64,000 bases of DNA from Minisyncoccota bacterium (GTDB taxonomy: Bacteria > Patescibacteriota > Minisyncoccia > Phycocordibacterales > UBA2100), in assembly GCA_965267345.1 (NCBI GenBank), contig OZ253947.1, positions 202,814 through 266,813 of the forward strand. Direction: 5' to 3'. Shown piece after piece: positions 56,843 to 64,000 of this stretch. The position numbers were made by a program, and so were the translations under genes. The notes beneath the pieces were generated by a model that did no database searches, was not told the DNA's origin, and saw only the letters and a list, made by a program, of their open reading frames with translations. Numbering within the stretch: the first letter of the stretch is position 1; the number at the start of each line of letters is the position of its first letter.

Positions 56843-57167
56843 GATCAAAGCAGCCATGGTGGTTGCGCATCGTATAGAGCAACGAGCAGTGTTGCTGCTT
56901 TTGGCAGTGGCGGTACTTCTTGCTGGACTCTATATGTACTTTGTTGCCTCCGCAGTGGTACACGCGGTGGTGCGCAAAGATGTGCAAGACATCATTGCAC
57001 AGAAACACTCAGAAGTTGCTGAGTTGGAGGTGGCCTACCTTGCACGTAAAAACGAAATCACGACTACGCGAGCAGAGGAGCTGGGCTTTACCAGAATCGC
57101 GCAAAAATCATACGTTGAACGTGCGCGCTACATCGGACGCGCCGATACCGATCAGGGTAACTTCTAG
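56820..57167 (+). CDS. FtsL-like cell division protein
   Basis: Single TM plus coiled coil ending RAEELGF; position between rsmH and ftsI. Confidence 0.75.
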   Translation: MNKHIHNKIKAAMVVAHRIEQRAVLLLLAVAVLLAGLYMYFVASAVVHAVVRKDVQDIIAQKHSEVAELEVAYLARKNEITTTRAEELGFTRIAQKSYVERARYIGRADTDQGNF

Positions 57168-57173
57168 GTTCGC

Positions 57174-58895
57174 ATGGCAGCGTCGCGCACACGGGAACTC
57201 TTTCAGCAACGGGTGCGCCTGATTCTTGCCGTATTTGGCATTATTGCCGCGCTGGTGGTTGCGCGATTGTACCTCCTGCAAGTGGTGCATGGCAGCGAGT
57301 ACCGTATTCAAGGCACCGACCAGTATGTATCGACTTCGGGCGGCTTTTATAACCGTGGAAGCATTTTCTTTGCCGATAAGGATGGGCGCGAGGTGAGTGC
57401 CGCAACCATGAAAACGGGCTATATTCTTGCGATCCAGCCAAGCACCATTACCGACCCTGAGGCACTCTACACGGCACTGTCAGCGCACGTTGCGCTTGAT
57501 GAGGACGCATTTCTGCAGCGGGCCACAAAGGCGGGCGACCCGTATGAGGAGGTGGCACATCGCTTAACTAGTGAACAGGCAACGGCACTGCGTGCAGCTG
57601 ATCTCGAGGGGGTCATTCTCGTGCCCGAGCGATGGCGCTACTACCCAGGAGGCGCACTTGCCGCGCACACCATCGGCTTCGTTGCCTATGAGGGGGATGA
57701 TCGCGTTGGCCGGTACGGGCTCGAGCGCTACTACGACGACGTACTCCAGCGTGGTGAGAGCAATTTGTACGTTAATTTTTTTGCCGAACTCTTCACGAAT
57801 TTACGCGATGTGGTGTTTGTGCCGATCGATAAGCGTGAGGGGCATATCGTGACAACGATTGAACCGGCAGTGCAGCTGCACCTTGAACAAGTGCTCACGC
57901 AAACACGTGAGCGCTGGGATTCGCAATTCACGGCCGGTATTGTCATTGATCCACGTACGGGTGCGATTCGCGCCATTGCCGTATCCCCCGCTTTTGACTT
58001 GAATGCGTTTGGCCAGGCTGATGCACAGCAGTATGCGAATCCAATTGTTGAGCGTGTGTATGAGATGGGCTCGATTATGAAGCCACTGACGATGGCTGCC
58101 GGTATTGACGACGGAGCCGTAACACCTCAGACAACGTACAATGATCAGGGGCGCCGTACGTTTGACGGCGAAATCATTTCAAACTTTGATGGCCATGGTC
58201 GCGGTGCGGTGCCCATGCAGGAAGTGCTCTCGCAATCACTCAACACGGGTGTTGCCTTTGTCGTTGAGCAGATGGGCACTGATGATTTCCGTCGCTATAT
58301 GTACCGCTACGGACTCAACGAAGAAACGGGTGTTGACTTGCCCGGCGAGGTGCGACCGCTCGCTGGTAACCTCACCAGCCCGCGAAAGATTGAGTATGTA
58401 ACGGCAAGTTTCGGGCAGGGTATTGCGGTGTCACCGATTAATATGGTGCGCGCACTTGCAGCACTCCCCGACGGATATGTGGAGCAACCGCATATCGTGC
58501 AAAGAATAAAATCGCAAAACGGGATTTCGCAAGACTATGAGTACGATGATTTACGCACACAGGTGCTCGACCCTGAGACCGCAGAGGAAATCACACGCAT
58601 GCTGGTTACTGTGTACGATGAAGCACTTTTGGATGGTGCGGTAAAAATGGAACACTACAGCATCGCCGCAAAGACGGGTACGGCACAGATGGCATCGCCT
58701 GACGGCGGTTACTACGATGATCGCTACCTGCACACGTTTTTCGGGTACTTTCCCGCATTTGATCCACAGTACCTTGTCTTTCTTATGAATGTTGAGCCGA
58801 AAGAGGTTGAGTATGCGTCGCAAACACTCACTACACCGTTTGTCGACGTGACACAGTTCCTCATTAATTATTACGATATTCCACCTGACCGGTAG
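57174..58895 (+). CDS. ftsI: Peptidoglycan transpeptidase PBP3
   Basis: RGSIF, RYYP, EMGSIMK (SxxK), SLN, KTGTAQ. Confidence 0.92.
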   Translation: MAASRTRELFQQRVRLILAVFGIIAALVVARLYLLQVVHGSEYRIQGTDQYVSTSGGFYNRGSIFFADKDGREVSAATMKTGYILAIQPSTITDPEALYTALSAHVALDEDAFLQRATKAGDPYEEVAHRLTSEQATALRAADLEGVILVPERWRYYPGGALAAHTIGFVAYEGDDRVGRYGLERYYDDVLQRGESNLYVNFFAELFTNLRDVVFVPIDKREGHIVTTIEPAVQLHLEQVLTQTRERWDSQFTAGIVIDPRTGAIRAIAVSPAFDLNAFGQADAQQYANPIVERVYEMGSIMKPLTMAAGIDDGAVTPQTTYNDQGRRTFDGEIISNFDGHGRGAVPMQEVLSQSLNTGVAFVVEQMGTDDFRRYMYRYGLNEETGVDLPGEVRPLAGNLTSPRKIEYVTASFGQGIAVSPINMVRALAALPDGYVEQPHIVQRIKSQNGISQDYEYDDLRTQVLDPETAEEITRMLVTVYDEALLDGAVKMEHYSIAAKTGTAQMASPDGGYYDDRYLHTFFGYFPAFDPQYLVFLMNVEPKEVEYASQTLTTPFVDVTQFLINYYDIPPDR

Positions 58896-58931
58896 TACAC
58901 AGCACGCCTGAAACGGGTATAATGAGTGCCA

Positions 58932-60245
58932 ATGATTACTGCAGTAGCTCGTAAGGTTGTTGTTGCCATTTTGACGTGGGAAGCGCGTGCCGTGGTGCGG
59001 AAGTATCAGCCGCGCATCATTGCAATCACCGGCAGTGTCGGAAAGACGGGTACCAAAGATGCGATCTTTACTGCGCTCACGGCAAGTCATTTTGTCCGCA
59101 AAAGTAACAAAAGTTTCAATAGCGAAATTGGTGTGCCGCTGACCATCCTCGGATGTGAGACGGGGTGGCACAATCCGCTTAAGTGGCTTGCCAACATATG
59201 GGAAGGGCTCGCGCTGCTTTTGTTTGTTAACCACTATCCAAAATGGCTCGTGCTCGAGGTGGGGGTTGATGCACCGGGAGACATGCAAACGATTACCGAA
59301 TGGCTAAAACCGGATGTTGCCGTCATTACCGCGCTGCCTGATGTGCCTGTGCACGTTGAGCAATTTGCCTCACCCGAGGATGTTGCGCGCGAGAAATTGC
59401 ATTTAGCGCATGCACTCAAGCCCGATGGTGTGCTCGTGATCTGTGGTGACGACAAGCGGCTTGAAGCCTTTGCACAGCGCGAAAAAGGGCAACGCATTGT
59501 GCGCTACGGTATTGAGGCACATAACGATGTAGCGGCCTCGTACATACGAATTAACTACACGGATCACAGACCAGTCGGCATGCAGTGTCGCGTCACGGTA
59601 CCCGAGCATGAGGAGCTATTTTTACTGCGCGTTCGTGACCACATTGGCCAGCAACAACTTTACGCACCACTCGCCGGTCTCGCAGTGGCACACGCACTGG
59701 AAGTACATTCATATGAGAAAGTTATTACCGCACTGGAAGCTGATGCAGGGTCACGAGGCCGTATGCGACTCATCGACGGCCACAACGGCAGTACGATTAT
59801 TGATGATTCATATAACTCATCGCCGGCGGCACTGCGTGCGGCACTGACTGCGCTTAAGAAGATTACGGTGACGGGGCGTAAGATTGCCGTATTGGGCGAC
59901 ATGTTGGAGCTTGGAAAATACAGTGCCGAAGAGCACAAGAAAGCGGGTGTCTACGTTGCCGGTATTGCCGATACACTGGTGACCGTTGGTGTGCGTGCGA
60001 AAGCTATGGCGGCGGCCGCGCGGGAGGCCGGCTTTGACCCCGAGTGCATTTTTGAATTTGATACAGGGGAAGCGACGCAGGCAGGGCGCGAGGTGCGCGC
60101 AATGCTGGAGGACGGTGACATCGTACTGGTTAAGGGATCGCAGTCGGGTATTCGCCTCGAACGTGCGGTGAAAGAGATGATGGCAACGCCATCAAACGCA
60201 CCGGAGCTTTTAGTTCGACAGGAGGCCGCATGGCTGGCGCAGTAA
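58932..60245 (+). CDS. murF: UDP-MurNAc-tripeptide--D-Ala-D-Ala ligase
   Basis: ITGSVGKT, NSEIGVPLT, DDSYNSSP, LGDMLELG, VLVKGS. Confidence 0.95.
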   Translation: MITAVARKVVVAILTWEARAVVRKYQPRIIAITGSVGKTGTKDAIFTALTASHFVRKSNKSFNSEIGVPLTILGCETGWHNPLKWLANIWEGLALLLFVNHYPKWLVLEVGVDAPGDMQTITEWLKPDVAVITALPDVPVHVEQFASPEDVAREKLHLAHALKPDGVLVICGDDKRLEAFAQREKGQRIVRYGIEAHNDVAASYIRINYTDHRPVGMQCRVTVPEHEELFLLRVRDHIGQQQLYAPLAGLAVAHALEVHSYEKVITALEADAGSRGRMRLIDGHNGSTIIDDSYNSSPAALRAALTALKKITVTGRKIAVLGDMLELGKYSAEEHKKAGVYVAGIADTLVTVGVRAKAMAAAAREAGFDPECIFEFDTGEATQAGREVRAMLEDGDIVLVKGSQSGIRLERAVKEMMATPSNAPELLVRQEAAWLAQ

Positions 60246-60289
60246 AGCTCGACACTTCACTTTTTGTGCAAAATGCGTACAATCATCTC

Positions 60290-60400
60290 GTGTGTAGTTT
60301 TGCTACCCCCATATGCAGCTGCACACTGCGCCTGCGGTGATCGATATTGGAAAGGAGAACGTCGTCTCTACCCCCGTGTCGCCGCAGGCGTTTTACTTTT
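60290..60400 (+). ncRNA. Candidate two-hairpin sRNA
   Basis: TACAAT at 60278-60283; GTGTGTAG/CTGCACAC and CGCCTGCGGTGA/TCGCCGCAGGCG stems; TTTTACTTTT tail; CTACCCCC in both hairpins. Confidence 0.55.
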
Positions 60401-60488
60401 CAAACGACGCAAATTGTGTACAATTGCCCGCGTAGCGTAAAGAAAAGTACGCCATTATTGAGTCAGTAGATGACGGTACTGTACTGCT

Positions 60489-60560
60489 GGCCCCATCGTC
60501 TAGCGGCTAGGACGCGGCCCTCTCACGGCCGAAACCGGGGTTCGATTCCCCGTGGGGTCA
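60489..60560 (+). tRNA. tRNA-Glu (CTC)
   Basis: GGCCCCA TCGTCTAGCGGCTAGGAC G CGGCC CT CTC AC GGCCG AAAC CGGGGTTCGATTCCCCG TGGGGTC A. Confidence 0.96.
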
Positions 60561-60568
60561 CAAATACC

Positions 60569-60598
60569 CGCCCGCAACAGGCACTGTTGCGGGCGTTT
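60569..60598 (+). terminator. tRNA-Glu terminator
   Basis: CGCCCGCAACAG-GCA-CTGTTGCGGGCG-TTT. Confidence 0.75.
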
Positions 60599-60738
60599 GG
60601 TTATAGCTTTACGTAAATATTTACGTAAAAACATCACACACGTTTCTCCCGAGATATCTCAGGAAGTAATGCACTTGTTTCCTTTCGTAAGGCATAAAAA
60701 GCATAGTCGTTTCCAAAAAGCGCGCGTTTCATTACAAT

Positions 60739-61608
60739 ATGAAAATGAAACCGACAGATATTTTCGAAGAGTGGAATGGGTCTATGTGCGCATTGGCAAC
60801 GATGCATGGGAAAGAGCGAGTTATTGCACCAGAAATACGCCGTGGGTTAGGCATGCAGGTATACGTGCCACCTCACTTTGACACTGATCAATTTGGAACC
60901 TTTACGGGCGAAATTGCACGCACTGGCAATCAACTTGAGGCTGCACGAAAAAAAGCATTGGCGGCAATCGAGCGCACCAGTGCATCTATTTGCATTGCGA
61001 GTGAAGGTAGCTTCGGTGCTCACCCAACAATACCGTTTGTGTTGGGCAACTTAGAGCTGGTACTCCTGATCGACCAGAAGAATGATATTGAAGTTGTGGG
61101 ACACTATAGAACGAGTGAGGTACAAGCGCGCAGACAGGAAGTTGCCACTGCTGATGAGGCTGTTGCGCTTGCTCGCTTGTGGGGGTTTCCTCAGCAAGGT
61201 GTGATCATTCGCCGTTCGGAAAAGAGCAATCGACATATTTCTAAGGAGCTCACAACCACAGAGGCCCTACGCGCTGCAAGCGAGAAGTTACTAGCAAAAT
61301 GGGGAGTAAAAACTATCCTTCTCGAAACGGACATGCGTGCGCATCGTTGCCCTCGACGCATGGAAACCATAAGACATGCAACCATTGACCTGATCAGGAA
61401 TTGCAAAAGTGTGTGCCCAATTTGCGCAACACCTGGTTTTGTGATTTGCGACGTTGTGCGCGGGCTACCATGTCGTGGCTGTGGTGCCGCAACATCGGCT
61501 GTACGTGAAGCAATCTATTCGTGCCAAAAATGCTGCCACACCGAAATGCGCTCAATTGCAGATGCGTCCCGTGCCGCTCCCGGCGACTGTCAGCGGTGCA
61601 ACCCGTAG
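60739..61608 (+). CDS. DUF6671-like protein with C-terminal Cys cluster
   Basis: ATMHGKERVIAP, DTDQFGTFTGEI, ASEGSFGAHP, ETDMRAH, several CxxC, terminal CNP. Confidence 0.85.
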   Translation: MKMKPTDIFEEWNGSMCALATMHGKERVIAPEIRRGLGMQVYVPPHFDTDQFGTFTGEIARTGNQLEAARKKALAAIERTSASICIASEGSFGAHPTIPFVLGNLELVLLIDQKNDIEVVGHYRTSEVQARRQEVATADEAVALARLWGFPQQGVIIRRSEKSNRHISKELTTTEALRAASEKLLAKWGVKTILLETDMRAHRCPRRMETIRHATIDLIRNCKSVCPICATPGFVICDVVRGLPCRGCGAATSAVREAIYSCQKCCHTEMRSIADASRAAPGDCQRCNP

Positions 61609-61617
61609 TATCGGGTA

Positions 61618-62058
61618 CTATAAAATGATACGCTCGCCTCTGAGCATCCACAAAATAACTCCAAACACAATTGCGGGGAGCACCAGTGCATACAAAAGCT
61701 CTGACGTGACGTACAGCGAGGTACTGCTGTAGTCGCTGAGCTCAACTGCTCTTTCCAAGCCGACAGCACGCAAAAAGAAGATGGAACCAACAATGCCTGC
61801 GCCGATGGTGTAGAGCCCCATCGCGGCGGTGCCAAGCAGCACTGTCGTGCGATGTGTCTGCAGAAGCGATCGCAGCAGCACAGCGAAGTACAACAGTATG
61901 AGACCAAAGGCGATGTCGATCACCGCAATGAGATAAAAGGGAAAGCGCAAGAAGAATTCGCGATTATCATAAACGCCATACCACGACCCCAGTGCAATAA
62001 CTACAAAGAAGCCGCGTATCAGTAGTCGTTGTGCCGAGGGAGAGAGTCGAAACTGCAT
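61618..62058 (-). CDS. Four-TM hypothetical membrane protein
   Basis: Hydrophobic 146-aa ORF downstream of tsaC. Confidence 0.65.
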   Translation of the reverse strand: MQFRLSPSAQRLLIRGFFVVIALGSWYGVYDNREFFLRFPFYLIAVIDIAFGLILLYFAVLLRSLLQTHRTTVLLGTAAMGLYTIGAGIVGSIFFLRAVGLERAVELSDYSSTSLYVTSELLYALVLPAIVFGVILWMLRGERIIL

Positions 62059-62096
62059 ACGTGCAGTGTAGCATGCGGTATGTGCTCGGTAGTGAC

Positions 62097-62666
62097 TTAT
62101 ACCCGCACTGCACCTTGGCGGAGTACCTTGGGCGCATCGGGGCGGCAGTCGACGATGGTTGAGGGCGGCGCGTGTCCTGATTCGCCTGCCACAACGAAGA
62201 CATCCGGATTGTCATCGAAAATAGTGTGTGCCTCTTGCGTGGTAGTTGCCGGCGCTTCGCCTGATAGATTCGCGCTCGTCACTGCGAGTGCGCCACCACA
62301 CGCTGCAATAAGCGTGCGTGCCAACTCGTGATCGGGGAGTCGGAGCGCGATGCTGTTGTCATTGCCAATTTCATCAGGAAACGAAGTATTTTGCGGCACG
62401 ACAATGGTGAGTGCTCCCGGCCAGTGTGCGTGTGTGAGCTGCAGTGCAATTGGATACATGACGCCTAACTCCTGCGCTCGCGCAACAGACGATACGAGCA
62501 CGGGTATGCTTTTTTCGGGTGGGCGTTGCTTCGCAGCGTAGAGCTTTTTGAGTGCTTCAGCGTTAAATGGATCGCAGCCAATGCCAAATACGGTATCGGT
62601 TGGAAAAACAACAAGACCGCCCTTTGCAACATGGGCCGATGCTTTTTCTATATCATTTTGCGTCAT
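62097..62666 (-). CDS. tsaC: L-threonylcarbamoyladenylate synthase (YrdC/Sua5)
   Basis: VFPTDTVFGIGCD, KQRP, WPGALT, TSANLSG, STIVD. Confidence 0.95.
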   Translation of the reverse strand: MTQNDIEKASAHVAKGGLVVFPTDTVFGIGCDPFNAEALKKLYAAKQRPPEKSIPVLVSSVARAQELGVMYPIALQLTHAHWPGALTIVVPQNTSFPDEIGNDNSIALRLPDHELARTLIAACGGALAVTSANLSGEAPATTTQEAHTIFDDNPDVFVVAGESGHAPPSTIVDCRPDAPKVLRQGAVRV

Positions 62667-62676
62667 ATAAATTTTA

Positions 62677-62874
62677 GGGAATCGGCGTCAGCTCACTTAG
62701 CATTGTACTCACTTCGCTCGTAAATGCTAAGTGGCTCCCCTAGCCGGGTAGGCTGCCCGGACTCGCCGATCCAGCCCTTCTCGAAGGGGTGGGTGCCTCG
62801 GCTCCGTCTTTCGATTCCTCCTTCAGCAAGAGATATAGCAATGTAATGCATACGCACCACATGGCTATATCTCT
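62677..62874 (-). other. Multi-hairpin structured element between tRNA-Leu and tsaC
   Basis: Nested stems ATCGGCG/CGCCGAT, CACTTAGCATT/AATGCTAAGTG, CCGGGTAG/CTGCCCGG; separate stem AGAGATATAGC/GCTATATCTCT. Confidence 0.6.
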
Positions 62875-62876
62875 AG

Positions 62877-62958
62877 TGCCGAGGGGGGGAGTCGAACCCC
62901 CACTCCCGAAGGAACACGATTTTGAGTCGTGCGCGTCTACCAATTCCGCCACCTCGGC
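62877..62958 (-). tRNA. tRNA-Leu (CAA)
   Basis: GCCGAGG TGGCGGAATTGGTAGACGC G CACGA CT CAA AA TCGTG, variable arm TTCCTTCGGGAG, GGGGGTTCGACTCCCCC CCTCGGC A. Confidence 0.96.
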
Positions 62959-63036
62959 AAGTGCACCGTATTTTACACAAAATGCCCACATGTGCACACC
63001 GAGTCGCAAAGATGGTCGTGGTATACTGCCCGACAT

Positions 63037-64000
63037 ATGGCATCGGATTTCTACAACAATTCTGTGTTCTGGGTCGAAGTGCACCGCATTAACCCGAACC
63101 CCTACCAACCACGAAAAGAATTTAATCAGGAGAGCCTTGAGAGCTTGGCTGAATCGATTCGTCAGTACGGAGTACTGCAGCCACTTGTCGTCACCCGACG
63201 CGAGCTTGAGCGCGGCGACGGCGGTATCAGTGTTGAGTACGAACTTGTGGCCGGCGAACGTCGTCTGCGTGCCGCAAAAATTGCCGGCATCAGTCAGGTG
63301 CCCGTACTCATTCGCAGCTCCGAAGACTCGGATAAGATGAAGCTGGAGCTGGCGATCATCGAAAACTTGCAACGCGAAGATTTGAACCCGATTGATCGCG
63401 CGCTGGCATTCAAACAGCTTGCCGGTCAATTCAAACTCAAACACACAGAAATTGCGAAAAAAGTAGGTCGTAGTCGTGAGTACGTTTCGAACTCACTGCG
63501 CCTGTTGGCACTCCCTGAGGAGGTGCAACGCGCACTTGTTGCCGGAGAAATTACCGAAGGGCACACTCGCCCGCTGTTGATGCTCGCCGAGCGCCCGCAC
63601 GAGCAAGAGACACTCTTTAAAGAGGTGATGGCAAAGAGCCTTACCGTGCGTGAGACAGAGCGCATCGCACGCAGTATCGCGACCGATAAAGCACGCAAGC
63701 AACACCTCCCACCCGAATTAGCGAGTCTCGAGCGCGAGCTTACCGAGCGCTTGGGCACACGAGTGCAAATTGAAACACGCAATAATGGCGGGAAAGTACA
63801 CATCGATTTCTTTTCACCGTCAGATATTCAACACTTACTCGCGATGGTGAGCGGTGCAATTGCTGAATCACTTCCTGCAGACATGCAGGCAGCTACCTCA
63901 GACGAAGAGCGAGCGGTCGACGAGGTGCCACCACAGGGCAATCTCACACCACCACAACCAGAGAGCGAGCGCCGCGCGCTCGATGAGCGTTCAGTCGATT
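63037..64000 (+). CDS. parB: ParB/Spo0J chromosome partitioning protein (runs off the window)
   Basis: Manual translation: PNPYQPRKEF...SIRQYGVLQPLVV...YELVAGERRLRA...IIENLQREDLNPI...GHTR. Confidence 0.95.
   Translation, partial: MASDFYNNSVFWVEVHRINPNPYQPRKEFNQESLESLAESIRQYGVLQPLVVTRRELERGDGGISVEYELVAGERRLRAAKIAGISQVPVLIRSSEDSDKMKLELAIIENLQREDLNPIDRALAFKQLAGQFKLKHTEIAKKVGRSREYVSNSLRLLALPEEVQRALVAGEITEGHTRPLLMLAERPHEQETLFKEVMAKSLTVRETERIARSIATDKARKQHLPPELASLERELTERLGTRVQIETRNNGGKVHIDFFSPSDIQHLLAMVSGAIAESLPADMQAATSDEERAVDEVPPQGNLTPPQPESERRALDERSVD

Noticed and set aside
60560-62877. Integrated element between tRNA-Glu and tRNA-Leu
   Set aside because: No integrase, tRNA-end duplication or att-arm motif found; the interval contains core tsaC.
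62740-63444. 234-aa minus ORF and 62789-63340 plus ORF
   Set aside because: They overlap tRNA-Leu and parB; shadow frames.
1-64000. Alternative genetic code (UGA=Gly) or selenocysteine recoding
   Set aside because: Conserved genes are full length under code 11, TGA ends genes such as znuC and znuB at expected positions, and DUF3179 has CPLC with no in-frame TGA.

Overview
This looks like chromosomal DNA of a reduced-genome Patescibacteria/CPR (Parcubacteria-like) bacterium. That assignment is inferred from gene content: class I LysRS, helicase-degenerate PriA, XRE-MurA fusion, compact dcw cluster, many orphan membrane proteins, genetic code 11. The first 24 kb holds hisS, ung, a SET-domain protein, an ABC pair, a cold-shock protein and many orphans, including a 1379-aa protein. 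About 24.9-36.3 kb is an AT-richer accessory region ending in a large serine recombinase that reads into tRNA-Asn. From 36.4 to 64 kb is housekeeping (hpf, fmt, def, priA, murA, two mreB, frr, rseP, proS, mreC/D, mrdA, greA, lysS, mraZ-rsmH-ftsL-ftsI-murF, tRNA-Glu, tsaC, tRNA-Leu, parB). Main observations: (1) a precisely bounded 6.2-kb element whose att site lies inside its own recombinase gene, so excision would swap the recombinase C-terminus; (2) two older att-arm relics upstream that divide the region into a tandem array of cargo cassettes at tRNA-Asn; (3) three tandem structured non-coding RNA candidates between def and fmt, each with its own promoter, terminator and C-rich (anti-Shine-Dalgarno-like) loops, plus two similar units elsewhere; (4) widespread apparently leaderless genes. 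Product names come from motif recognition by eye; no database searches were run.
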